Positions 12,590-25,481 of a stretch of DNA of 64,000 nt are shown piece by piece (the stretch's first letter is position 1; every line of letters starts with the position of its first letter). Source of the stretch: Octopus sinensis (lineage: Eukaryota); contig NC_043020.1 of NCBI RefSeq assembly GCF_006345805.1, positions 29,760,001 to 29,824,000 on the forward strand, given 5' to 3'. The notes beneath the pieces are model-generated. The model saw nothing but the letters and a program-made list of their open reading frames with translations. It was not told the DNA's origin and did not search any database. The translations under genes and the position numbers were made by a program.

Positions 12590-14247
12590 GTAAATATCTG
12601 GACAATTTCTCTTACTTTGTGCAAACTATTCTTTCATTTCTTCATTCTTTCCTCAAAAGAATATTTCCAAAATATATTTTAAAATTTAACCTTTTTGTTA
12701 CCATATTTCTGTTGAAATGCATTGTCTTTCTTTCAATTAATTTTGAAACTAACAAGGTATAATTTTCTTATATCTTTGTCATTACTAAACTGTGTTTCCA
12801 GAATGTAGATTCACTCTTTGCCTCTCCAGTCTATCACACGTGATGCACAGAACATATTTCCCGAGCATCGATGCATCACGTATGATAGACATTGCCCTTT
12901 ATTTTTTTTTTTTTCAACCAATAGAATAAATGGGGTTTTATGAAAGGAACACTTTATATTAACTCTGAACATTTGAAACAAGGGCTGTCCAAAGCCTGAA
13001 AACAAGCATGGACATTTGAAAGAAACTTCTGAAAATGCTTTGGATAAACAAAGGGTTAACATAGAATTTGGTGTGAGATTTTTTTTCATTTTGATCTCTT
13101 TAAAATGGGGGAATTTGTTTAAATCGAATTTGGTTTCAGGTGGTAGATATCAAAAGGGTTAAAAATCAAATTAATAGAATTTAGTTACTATATAAGTTAA
13201 GATTAATCCTTTCCATGCCAACCTACTTGAAAGTAGCCTTGGTTCTGTGGTACAAAAATTCCTTGTTTTAATTAAAACCTTCAATCAAAGTTTTATGTTA
13301 ATTTATGTTCCAAACATCAGATTAAATAATGACAGTTATTTAATTAAATTTTTCATTATTTTCAAAATTAATTCAAACAAAGGCAATTTATTTCAGCCAA
13401 AATATGGTAACAAAAGAACTAAACCTTTAATTTTTACGAGATATCTCTGTGTCATGAATTAAAGAGATTTCAAAAAGACGTTAACCCAAATACGAGTGAT
13501 GTCTTTTTTTGTGAACAACTGATTTTTTATAAATTGTTCTTATTGTGTGTGAAGTATTGTTGGATAACTTGTTTATTAGAGTGTGTCCATTTTCAGTGTA
13601 ACTCACCTGTGAGTTGGCTTTGTTTCTGCGTGGGAAGGGACACAATCTTGTACAAAACCTGTCATAATCCTTGCTTATCAGAACTGGTTAGACATGATTC
13701 ACAAACTGACAATAATAGATGTATGAGCTGAGAAACAATAGTGGAATTTATGTTGTCTTCACTAGTCTTAATAAGGAATTACACTAGTGTTTTGTGTAAG
13801 TCATTTGATTTTTAGAGGGAAAATTCACAGGCAAAGGTTACAAAGATGTTAGGTTTTATTAAACACATCGTTAAGATATTATGTGTGGTCAGCTATGTCA
13901 AGTGCAGTATTTAACACAATTTCACTGTGTATGTGGGTGTATTGCATTGGCATTAAGGTGTGTTTCTCCTCTTTGGCTGCTTATTCCTTTGTCCATTCTT
14001 CCTCTCCTCCCCCCTCTCTCTCATCTGGAGAAAGTGACTGACCCTGGTCTTTTGCAGGCCCTCCTGAGACTAGGGGAGATTGAAAAGGGAGTAACGTTTC
14101 ACTTAAATTGCAAATCAATAGCTACAGGAGAGAGAAAAAAAAAACATGTGCTGAGAGGGGAATTCCCAGGACTGGGAGTGGGGATGGTTTTCTGCAGGAG
14201 GAGCTTCGGATGTAGTAGTTAGTGCAGGGCCTGGTCCAGGGGTCATG

Positions 14248-14436
14248 ATCATCATCATCATCGTCATTGTTTAACATCCGCTTTCCATGCTAGCATGGGT
14301 TGGACGATTTGACTGAGGGCTGGCAAACCAGATGGCTCCAGTCTTGATCTGGCAGAGTTTCTACAGCTTGATGCCCTTCCTAACGCCAACCACTCCGAGA
14401 GTGTAGTGGGTGCTTTTTACGTGCCACTGGCACAGG
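14248..14436 (-). mobile_element. RTE-like LINE 3' end copy
   Basis: Same (CAT)n-...-gatgcccttcctaacgccaaccactcc consensus. Further copies near 15556-15730, 22253-22416 and 38833-39008. Confidence 0.78.
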
Positions 14437-14711
14437 TATGCATATTAAATGCACGATTTGCATATTAAATCACTCTGTCACTACTGAGCTTTTTTTCTTT
14501 TCCTTGTGGCCAATTGCACATAAGAGGCTCTTAGTAGCAATGAAATTGAATTGGAACAAATAACCTGTAGTCTACGAATACTTTCTCCAGTTTCTACAGC
14601 CAGAAGTGTGTGTGTGTGTGTAGCATGGACATGGGATTAAGAAGTTTACTTCTCACCCATCTGGTTTCAGGTTCAATCCCTCTGTTATAATGCCATCCTC
14701 TTAAATTTCAG

Positions 14712-14854
14712 GTGTGAATTCATTCAAGATGTTCCTTGCTTATAAAGATTCTTTCATGCTGGAAGATCATGAGTTGTATGAATCTTTTAAAGTTTGTAAA
14801 GAACTCGGTTCCTTAGCAATGGTTCATGCTGAAAATGGTAAAATTATAGCTGAG
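14712..14854 (+). CDS. DPYS: DHP/CRMP coding exon E (carboxylated Lys and VHAEN His)
   Basis: tttcag|GT...GAG|gtgcgt. [48 protein letters not shown]. 143 nt, phase 1 to 0. Confidence 0.96.
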
Positions 14855-14937
14855 GTGCGTATCATCTTCATTCCAATTACTCTCTTTCAGTTTCCAATGG
14901 CTTTTTTGTTTGTTTTGGGTTTTTTTTTACTGGGTTT

Positions 14938-14969
<32 letters not shown>

Positions 14970-17900
14970 ATGCATGTGTGTATGTATAGATATATGTATA
15001 TTATGTGTATATGTCATTTTACATCAGTAAGCTTTGTTTGTTGTGTCCACTAATTTAGCAGTTTCACCAATAGAGATGTGGAATAATGTGTCATGCTCAA
15101 GGTTACGATGTGCTGGCTGATCAAGGAATCAACCCCTGATTTAAGGTTGTGAACCCAAAACTCTTACCATATTGGACCATACACCTTCACAGAGAATGAC
15201 TTTAACTATTTCTACCTGAGAAAATATAAAACCGGTTCTGCAGACAAAGAGTGAAGAGAGTTCTTTGGACCTGTCCAATGTGTGTCTTGTAATTTCCACC
15301 ATTTGAGACAATCCCTGTTGTTGCTTTAACATCCACTTTGCCATGCCTGCATGGATCGGATGGATTTTGTTGAGGTATATTTTCTATGGCTTGAGGCCAT
15401 TTCTGCTGCCATCCATCACTTGCTTCCACGTGAGGCAATATTTCCTTATAACCAGACATTTTCATGGAAGACCAGAAACTCACATCGGTTGCAAAACGAT
15501 GACATTTGCATACAACTGTCGTGCAATGTCAAGGCAAAGAGTCAGTAACACACACCATCATCATCATCGTTAACATCCGCTTTCCATGCTGGCATGGGTT
15601 GGATAGTTTGACTGAGGACTGGCAAGGTTTCTACAGCTGGATGCCCTTATGCCAACCACTCCGAGAGTGTAGTGGGTGCTTTTATATGTGCCACTGGCAC
15701 AGTGGCCAGTCAGGTGGCACTGGCATCAGGATTCTTTCAGCATTTGTTTACCAAATCCACTCACAGGGCTTTGGTCAGCCCAGGACTATAGTAGAAATCA
15801 CTTGACCATGGTGCCATGCTGTGAAATCAAACCTGAAACCATGTTGTTGGAAAGCAAACTTCTTACCATGCAGCCACGCCTGAATAAAACAGAAAACCAA
15901 TGATGATGAGGAGGAGGAGGAAGAGGATATAAAAATGGAGTGGGGTGGGGTAAATAGATTAAAATATTTTGAACACTTAATTAGGGAAAAATGGTTTACA
16001 GAGATTCCTCATAGAAGGCAAAACGAATGATAAAGGGAAAAAGGAAAACCATTTATATATGCAGATAATGTCACAAATTGACTTAAAATCCAATCAATGT
16101 ATAAGGGTAGCATAAGGCAGAAGATGGCAATCTGTGGATTTCTAACTGTTAAGTATAGACATTACCTGGTGAAGGTAGTGGAAAAGGTGACAATGACTCT
16201 GGCAAAATGGATTGAAATAGAAAATTTCAAGTGTTCGCTTAAAGCATTGTTTATGTGTTGTTTCTGTTTCTGTGGTCTTGTCATTTAAATGAATGAATAA
16301 TAATTAAAACAATCTGGTGTATTCCATCGTTGTTCCAGGAATGATTTTAAATGTCTTAACAAAAAAATACAACATAGAATTGGTATTTTCTGCAAGTCAT
16401 GTTAGCTCAGTAAATAAGGTATGCCTCAGCAAAAAAATAATTTCAAACCTTGACATTTCTTCACAAAAGATAGATTGATATATATATAAAAACTGCTTTC
16501 TGCAGTTAAGAGCCATGAGATTTTGAGTGGATACCTCTGATTTTGGCAGAAAAAAATGGTTAGCCTAAGAATATGAGCCACAGCCACATGGCTGAAACAA
16601 GTGAAAGAGTGTGCAATATAAAATGGTTTTTGGTAAAATGTTGCCATCATATATATTCACTGGAATTTCAAAAAAAAGAAAATTACACAATGGAAAATGG
16701 AGAGAAAAATTCTTTCATAAATTGAAAACAAAATATTTAATGAAATATTTTGTTCATTAAAAATGTAATTCTATTTTCTTCGTTATTTGTTTAAGATAAA
16801 ATTGCATTTCTTTCTGTAATAAAAACATGACGGGTCTTGTATGTTGATGATTCATGCTTGGATATTCTGGGATGACTCACTCCCAACTCACTTCTTTAGG
16901 CAGCAGCAGCAGCTAGAAGCTGCTGCTGCCATTAAAAACTGCTCTGAGCGTTATTACTATCCATTAGCCGTCTCATTTGTTGTAGTGGAAGTTCCTATGA
17001 GGTTTCTAACATGAAGTCATATTAAGGAAATTACTCAACATTGCACTTTAAAATACAATCAATTTATTTGTTGGTTTTGATCAAATAGCGATGGTTTAAG
17101 TTGAGGATGGTTGGTTTAGTAATCTGTTGGTCTGTGTTTGGAAAGGAAATGAAATTATCAAATTTGATCAGGAACAAAACTGAACATATGAATTTACATG
17201 CACATGACTATATATGTGTGTGTGTGTGTATGTATGTAGAAGGTTGAAAAGGAACACACAAGTTGAAATATATGGAAAAAAAAAAGTCAAGATAGAAAAT
17301 GCTAAAATAATTTTATGAAAAACATGTCATTGAGACTTTTTCAATTCTAAGTATGGAAAATAATTAAATTTTGGAAAAATTAAAGAAAAGTTTTTAAAAG
17401 AATATTTGTAAAATTATTTTAGCATTTTCTACCTAGACTTTTTTTTTCCACATATATATATATATACACACACACACCTACATACATACATACACACATT
17501 GTTTGTTCAATATCAAATTTTATCCTTTCCTTTAAAATATTGAAATAGAATGATTTTGTCTGTGTAAATAATTTGCATTAATGATTTTTTGGGTCTTAAT
17601 TTATACAGTTTAACCTACCTCACCTTTTATCAGGGTTACAGCTTGTCATATAGTTACCATCTGCTGACTATTCATTGTCTCTTCCAAACAGCTGTTCTTT
17701 ATCTCCTTTGACCTGTCTTTTACTAGCGCTAACATATCCTTACCTTTTTTTTCTGAATACTCTGGTGATGAATAATATAACCATAATAGAAAATCGTTTC
17801 TATTCATTCTGGGAGAAATGTGAATATCTGATCTGCCAGAACATATTTAAAATGTGGTTAAGGGTAGCTTGCTCCCTAACCATATGGTCTCAGGTTCAGT

Positions 17901-18205
17901 CCCACTATGTGGTACCTTGGGCAAGTGTCTTCTCCTATGGTGCTGGACTGACCAAAGCCTTGTAAGTGAATTTGGTAAATGGAAACTAGAAAAAGCCCGT
18001 CGTGTGATGGCTCTAAATGAGCATCACCATCATACAAGCAACGTTGTTCATTTCCAGTCTCCTGTGAAAACTATGCCCAGTTAAGTGTACATGTGTCTGT
18101 GGAGTACTCAGCCACATGCATGTTAATTTCATGAGCAGGCTGTTCCATTGATCGGATCAACTGGAACCCTCATCATCATAACTGATGGAGTGGCAGTTAT
18201 ATATG

Positions 18206-18661
18206 GTCCGTGGCACATAAAAGGCACCATTCAAGTATGATCATTACCAGCATCACCTTACTGGCACTTGTGCCCCGTGCTAGTAGGGTGCTAAGAGCAC
18301 CATCCGAGCGTGATCGTTGCCAGAACGGCTAACTGGCTTCCGTGCCAGTGGCATGCAAGAGGCACCATTCGAGTGTGATCGTTACCTGTGTCACCTTACT
18401 GGCACCTGTGCCAGTGGCATGTGTAAAAAGATGCGAGTGAGGCCGTTGCCAGTACCACCTGACTGGCCCCCGTGCCAGCGGCACGTAAAAGCACCCACTA
18501 CACTCTCAGAGCGGTTGGTGTTAGGAAGGGCATCCAGCTGTAGAAACTCTGCCAGATCAAGATTGGTGCATGGTGCAGCCATCTGGTTTGCCAGCCCTCA
18601 GTCAAAATCGTCCAACCCATGACAGCATCGAAAGCAGATGTTAAAGGATGATGATGATGAT
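18206..18661 (+). mobile_element. RTE-like LINE 3' UTR copy with expanded internal subrepeats
   Basis: Several gtgccagtggcac/aaaagcacc units, then the ttaggaagggcatccagctgtag core and a (GAT)n tail. Confidence 0.8.
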
Positions 18662-20604
18662 TAACCCTTTCCTGGCCATGATTTTAATGAAATAAACAGC
18701 TTCTCTATTTCAATTTATTTTGAAAGCAGTCAAGAGTCTCTGACAGCAATTAAGAAAATAAATGACTTCTTCATATTTATTAAAATGATATTTGAAACAT
18801 CAAATTATAGGTTGTTTGAAATTTTGCCCTAAGAAAATTCGCTGCAACAAATTTAATTTTAAATGACCTCGTCACGTTTACGTAACGTTTGATGTTGAAT
18901 GCAGACTGACTTGCCTTGTTAATACTTTTAAAACACTCTGTTATTAACTGAATGAACCCTTTTAATTCAGTTAATAATAAACCACCTTAGGCGATCCTTG
19001 GCTCTATGATTCAAACTTCCTGTTTTAATGAGATCTTAATTAAAACCTTTCTTCAAAATTTTATGTTAATTTCTGTTGCAAGTCCCAGGTTAATAATGAC
19101 AGTTATTTTTACTAAACTCGTTATTTTCAAAATTAATCACCACAAAGACCATGTTTCTCATGAGAAATATGCTAACAGAAAGATTAACAGATTCCTTATT
19201 TTAGACTTGAATACTTTTACAATACATTTCTGGCAAAACATTGCTGTCGTGGCAACTAAAATTCCTGTAGAATTTGGGTGGAAAATATTAAAATTGTGTT
19301 TGAATTTATCAATTCATGAATTTTCTTTTTCTTACTTGACATTATTCTTAGTATGTCCTATTATCAGAAAAAGAGCAGCAGAAGTACTAAAAGCCATTAT
19401 CTTTGGGCACACATACATGGACTTTTTATAAGGTACACTTAGTTCAGTTGTTGTCATTCAGGCCCAGATCAACCTTGGTCAAGCAGTTACATAAACAAAA
19501 CCTCCCTTGCCATCGTTATCTTGTCTTTTCAATAGTATCTCGGACAACATTAATCTAGTATTCTCAAGCCCTATTTTTTTTTCAGACTGTAGTATATGTG
19601 TTATGAGGGAAACTTGATTGCTGTGTGACACCAGTCTCTGCCACAACTGCAATTTTACTTGTCTTGATGGGTCTTCTTCTCATGCATGACGTAATGCCAA
19701 ACGTCTTGGTCATTGCCTCCGTGAGGCCCAACACTCAAAAGGAACTCAGTCACTTTGCCTCCATGAGGCCCAATGCTCAAAATATATACACACACACATA
19801 TATATATATAGAAATATTAAAATTACTAAGTCTCTCTAAAAGCGGACAGCTTTTTTCTTATTTTTATAAGAATGCCATATTAGTATGGCGATAACTATTA
19901 TTTTTTTATATATATATATATATATATAGTAGGTAACCCTTGTCATGACTTCATGTCTTGGTTGTAAATGAGCAACACCCTGATGTTAGTTTCCAGTGTT
20001 CTGTGAAAACATGTCTGGCCTTGGGGAAATATTACATTGCTTGGAAACGGGCAAGGGTTGGCAACAGGAAGAGCATCCAGTCAGAGAAAATTTGCTTCAG
20101 CAAATTCCATCTGAGCCATGCAACAATAAATCAAGAATAAATGATGAGTGATAGGAATGTGTGTTGCAAGAGACAGAGAAGTGAGTGAGGGGCATGTAAG
20201 ATGGGGGGAAACATTGGGAAAAAGACAGATTGGTCATGACTGGAATTCCTTGGATCGTAGGTGTGCTTGTTTTGAAGTTGATCCTGAGCTAAACACCAAC
20301 AGTTCATCACCCACCGCATGGGAGTGATTATGTACATGTTCTCTTGATCAATACCAGAATCGATAATTCTGTAACAGTGATTGAAGTAATTGTAGCAAAA
20401 CTAATGCCAAAATTGAAATTAATATGGATATAGAATGAATTTTTTTTTAACAATTCTTTTCTATTTCCAATGTAACAGCTGTGTGAGTCACGTTGTAACA
20501 AACAGGGAACATTTGGTTAACTGTTTGGTGACCGAATGAAGTCAGAGTTTGACTGAACACACGGCAGCCAACGGCAGAAATGAATTAAGGGTATTCTTTT
20601 GTTC

Positions 20605-20800
20605 TTTTACTTGTTTCTCTCATTTGACTGCGGCCATGCTGGAGCACCACCTTTAGTCGAGCAAATCAATCCCACGACTTATCTTTGTAAGCGTAGTGCT
20701 TATTCTATCGGTCTCTTTTTGCCGACCCACTAAGTGATAGGAATGTAAACACCAATATAAGTTGTCAAATGATGGTGGGGAGAACAAACGCAGACACAAA
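20605..20800 (+). mobile_element. Dispersed repeat (family D)
   Basis: catttgactgcggccatgctggagcaccacctttagtcgagcaaatc...gttgtcaaatgatggtggggagaacaaac. Related pieces near 2600-3000, 9195-9260 (-) and 39750-39900. Confidence 0.65.
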
Positions 20801-20810
20801 TAACAAATAC

Positions 20811-20841
<31 letters not shown>

Positions 20842-21050
20842 TATGACAGGCTTCTTTCAGTTTCCGTCTACCAAATCCACTCGCAAGGCTTTGTTCGGTC
20901 TGAAGACACTTGCCCAAGATGCCGTGCAGTGGGACTGAACCCAGAACCATGTAGTTGAGAAGCGAGCTTCTTGCCACACACACACACACATGTAACTGCA
21001 CATGTACTGTTGGTGGTTTCTTTTCCTGTTTTATACTTATCCCTTTCTCC

Positions 21051-21108
21051 TTTCTGATGAAGAGCTATGCTTGAAACATCAAACGCTCTCTTTTCCCTGA
21101 GTGTCAAA
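21051..21108 (+). ncRNA. Minimal type I hammerhead-ribozyme-like motif (Penelope-associated type)
   Basis: ttt-CTGATGA-A-GAGC(tat)GCTT-GAAACA...TGTC-aaa: intact core, 4-bp stem II, 3-4 bp stem III, GUC cleavage triplet (21103-21105) and only 3-bp stem I. Folded by eye; activity not shown. Confidence 0.45.
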
Positions 21109-21178
21109 CTAACACCTTTCTTTGTTAATGTTACTCATTTATTTCAATTGACTACATGTGTGTGTAGAGAGAGAGAGT

Positions 21179-21603
21179 GCAGGCATGGTTGTGTTACTTC
21201 CAACCCACATGGTTTCAGGTTCAGTCCTCCTATGTGACACCTGGGCAAGTGTCCTCTGTTATAACCCTGAGCTTAAGAAAGCTTTGTGAGTGGATTTGGT
21301 AAATAGAAACTGAAAGAATCCCATCACACATGCACACATATGTATGTACGTGTGTGTGTGTTACTGTCTTCTTGCCTTGATATTGCATAGTAGTTGTAAA
21401 CAAGTGTCACCATCATACAAGTGGTGTTGTTCCTTTCCAGTCATCTGTGAAAACACTTCTGGTCATGGGGAAATATTACCTTATTTGAGAACAGGTAAGT
21501 ATTGGTGAATGGGAGGGCATCCAGCCATAGAAAATCCACCTCAATGAATTCCATCTGACCCATTCCTGCATGGAAAAGTGAACACCAAACTACTGATGAT
21601 GAG
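21179..21603 (+). mobile_element. Composite SINE (family A), near full length
   Basis: Degenerate tRNA-like head (ggttcagtcc B-box-like), CCTGGGCAAGTGTC CORE-like box, (TG)n linker, and a tail ggagggcatccagcc...gcatggaaaagtg...gatgatga shared with the RTE 3' end. Confidence 0.72.
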
Positions 21604-21723
21604 GAGTTCAGTGGTGGATGATGTTTAAAAAGAAACAGGGTCAGAATTTTTCTTAAACCAGTCAATTATTTCTTTTGTTTCAATATCTCTTAATAATCTC
21701 CCTCGTTGTGTTTGCAATTACAG

Positions 21724-21792
21724 AAATCTAAGGAATTGATCGCTATGGGTATCACAGGGCCAGAAGGACATGAAATGTGTCGACCTGAAGAG
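21724..21792 (+). CDS. DPYS: DHP/CRMP coding exon F
   Basis: ttacag|AAA...GAG|gtaagt. KSKELIAMGITGPEGHEMCRPEE. 69 nt, phase 0 to 0. Confidence 0.95.
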
Positions 21793-22214
21793 GTAAGTCA
21801 TCTATCTCCATTTTTAAATCTCTCTCTAAGTATTTTGGCAAATTTTCTTTTCTTTTCAATGAAAAATATCAAAGAACTTCAACTTGGTACCTTTCAGTTA
21901 AACTCTAAAAGCAAGGATAATAAAGTGACAAGAATGGAGAAAGAACCAGACAAAATGCTTCAGGGTATTTTGTCCTGACCATTTATGTTCTGAATCCAAA
22001 TCACATTGATATTAGTTTCGCCTTTCATCCTTCCATGTCTGGCAAAATAAAGCACTGATGATGGACGATGAGGCAGAGATGTCATTGACTATGTCCTCTC
22101 CCCAACAAAATTTGTGGCCTTGCACCTGTCTTAGAACCATTAATTATTCCCTGGAATTATAGTATTTTATGTATCATTTAAATGAATTTTTACATATAAA
22201 TAATTTCAGGTTTG

Positions 22215-22253
<39 letters not shown>

Positions 22254-23539
22254 CATCCTCATTGTTTAACGTCCGTTTTCCATGCTGGCATGGGTTGGAT
22301 GGTTCAACTGGGGTCTGGAAAGCCAGGAGGCTTCACCTGACTCCAGTCTGATCTGGCAATGTTTCTACAGCTTGGTGCCCTTCCTAACACCAACCACTCC
22401 AAGAGTGTAGTGGGTTCTCTGACATATATATATATATATACTCCCCCACCTGGACGGGGTGCTGGTCCATTGTAGGAGTATCTGTTTTTACCAGTAGAGT
22501 GGACTAGTCCAATGTCAAATGAAGTGTTTCACCCAAGAACACAACATACCGTTTGGTCCAGGAATCAAAACCACAATCTTACAGTCATGAGTCTATATTC
22601 TTTTAGGGGTAACACCCTTCTCTTGAAAGTAAGAAACCCTAGTCTCCTCAGTTTTCACTTTCTCAATCTTACTCAAAAGCTTAAACGAATTGGCTGCTGT
22701 CGTGTGTGTGTTTAGGTCTAAAAAGTCCAGGGAAACTCTCAGTTCCAAATTATGAAAATGAGGGATAGGAGGCAAAGCCCTGACAGAAGTATTCGATTAT
22801 GCTAACAGGTACTGTAGACGGCCAACTGATTAAGATGTTTGTCTTGTAATCACCAGGAGAATGCTTCAACCCCTCTGCATGACATCTTAGTAAGTTCCTT
22901 TTACCATTGCAACAGGGTACATCCAAACCCTCTGAGTAAGATCAGCTAAGTGGAAACTGTATGGAATCCCATCAGATGGATTGTAGGATTCCATTCGTAA
23001 TCCAAAAGTCCTGCCTTGTCACTCTGGCATGCCGACTCTGTCTGAAGATTACATCAAGGCTGCATGTGTCTCTGAGATAAAGACTCAGTTGATTTAAACA
23101 GCTGAAAGCTCATTATCAGAAATTCTAACAGACTCATTCATTTATATATAACCCGCATTAGTATTATTTAACGATGTCGTTAAGCTAAAATTTCTTGATA
23201 TTTTTCATCCCCAATTATTCCAAACAAGATATTTAAATATTTGATGTTAATTAATTTTTTCAATGAATTTGTCTTACAATTTACTCTACTTCTTGTAATT
23301 AATCATCTGTTACCTTTTTTTCTTGAAGTTAATTAATAATTTGTTGTCTTTTTATCTATGTTTGTATTTTTTTCTCATTGTAATTGGTAATATATTCATT
23401 TGTTACTATCATCATCATCACCATCACTACTGCATCCAAGGCTTTATAGTTTTCACGTGGTGTGCTTAATAACCTTCATGATTTTCAGGCACAAAAGCCC
23501 ATCATCAGAAGTAAACGGTCAAGAAGTGTTAGTCTAGAC

Positions 23540-23804
23540 CAATGCTTCTCAACCATTTCCTACCTATGGACCCCTTAAATCCCCAGTCTACTCAGGTGGA
23601 CCCTCATAACCATTCCACATTTAAAAACTCATATATTTTTATAATTAATTATTATTGGGAATTGTAAAAAAAAAAAAATACATTAAAATATTTTGTGTAC
23701 CGTAAAAGCGTAATCAATTAATTGCCGAAAAATATTAACAATAGGATCTTGTTTTGACCCCCTAAAGGTCATGTGGACCCCAATTGAGAACCACTGAACC
23801 ACTG
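23540..23804. mobile_element. hAT/Charlie-like MITE
   Basis: Left end caatgcttctcaacc and right end aattgagaaccactg(aaccactg), i.e. CAGTGGTTCTCAA-type TIRs. Left flank gtctagac and right flank gtccatac form an imperfect 8-bp TSD. No coding capacity. Confidence 0.65.
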
Positions 23805-23817
23805 GTCCATACTATGT

Positions 23818-23967
23818 TAGTCATGGACAACCTGTGGTCCAGGAATCTTTCTGAATGACACACCTGACCAAAAAAACGACCTTGGATTTTTGTTTAATAG
23901 TGCAGCCTTCCTGAAGATGCACCATGTCTTGTGTGGCCCAATTCTTGAAAAAGGTTGCCCATGCCTA
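23818..23967. mobile_element. hAT-like MITE
   Basis: 16-bp TIRs tagtcatggacaacct and aggttgcccatgccta (14/16 complementary). TSD not recognisable. Confidence 0.55.
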
Positions 23968-25096
23968 ATCTATACAGAACCAGTCATGCTGATTGTAGTG
24001 CAGGCAGCAACGCCTGCAGTGTCCATGTGAGTGGTGGTGGTGGTGGTGGCTGCAGTGGGCGATCATAGCAGCAGCAGCAGCAGCAGCCTTTCCCCAAACG
24101 GTGGCCACAGGTCACAGTGAGAGCAATGGTGAGTAGCTAAGCTGTTGGCTGATAGAAGTTGTGATAAAAGTAACCACCTGTATTGGGGATACTGGTGCTG
24201 ATGGTTGCCCATTGCTACTACCGTTGTAGTTGGTACTGTATAGACTAACACCTCTTGACTGCTTGCTCTTGATGATGGGCCTTTGTACTGGAAATATAAA
24301 GGTTATTAAACTTTAGACTTTTCACATTGTAAGAAGCTCTCTGCCTTCGTTATTTTGTTATTTTATTTCTTTATCACGATGCTACAACACTTTGTGGTCT
24401 TTTTGTTTTCTTCTTCTTCACCATTCTTCACTCAAAGCACTTTTGTTTCCAAATGCTTAAACGTGGCTCTTTTACCGATTGGCTGTGTGTGTGTGTGTTT
24501 CTTAGTTAGAACACTAATCTCTTGAGAATCTTTAAATCTTATCCTGTTAATGCTGAAATCCTTGAAGCTAACAAAATGGTACTATGACTAATTTTATTAT
24601 AGCTCTTCTCCCCCACCCACCCCACCCCACAGAAGCCAATACAAAAATACGATAAATAAAAACAAACAAAATACATCCTCATAGTTAGAATGTCTGGCTG
24701 GTGTAACACTCTTCGAGATTGGTATCAAGGCAGTGGAATGAGAAGACGATGTCCTGTTGCATTTAAGTTCCATCCTTCTTCACTGAGATCAAATCTCACC
24801 CAGATCATCTTTGCCTTTTGTCCCTCCAAGGGTCTATAAAATATTTATGTATATGTCATAAATCCAAGTCAGTCTTGCCAACCAGCCAGCCATGCCACCC
24901 ACCCTTTAATATGTGGTCATCTGCTATAATCTAAGAAACCAGTATTTATTAAGTACACTGATTAAAATGTGCCAGTGAATCATCATCCCCCATTATTTAG
25001 TGTCCGCATTTCCATGGTTACATGGGTCAGATGAGGTTTATTGAGGCAAACTTTCTATGGCTGGATACCCTTCACCTGTTTACAAGCAAGCTAATA

Positions 25097-25481
25097 CAGT
25101 GATACCTCATGGTACGAGTTTAATTCATTCCCTGACCGAATTCGTCTTACGATTTCCTCATTTTACAAATCAATTTTCCCCATTGAAATTAACTGGAATC
25201 TAATTAATCCGTTCCAACCCCACCAAACAACTCAAAAATAAATTTTTATGGGTTTTAAAACAGAAAAGTGTAGTTGCAAATAAAATGACAATTATGAAAA
25301 AGAGAATGCAAAAGAAATATGTAAAGTAGTTTTATTAACCGAATTACCTTAAAGATGGGACGAATTATGATTTCTGCTTTTAATGCAGGTTTCTCTTCAT
25401 ATTTCAAAACAAAAATCCAAAGTCTCAGCTCTTACAGTAAATTATCATACAATGGGGCACTCGTACTGCGAGGTTCTATAT
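25097..25481. mobile_element. Tigger/pogo-like (Tc1-mariner) MITE
   Basis: TA|CAGTGATACCTCATGGTACGAGT at the left and a partly complementary ACTCGTACTGCGAGGT at the right. Confidence 0.5.
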
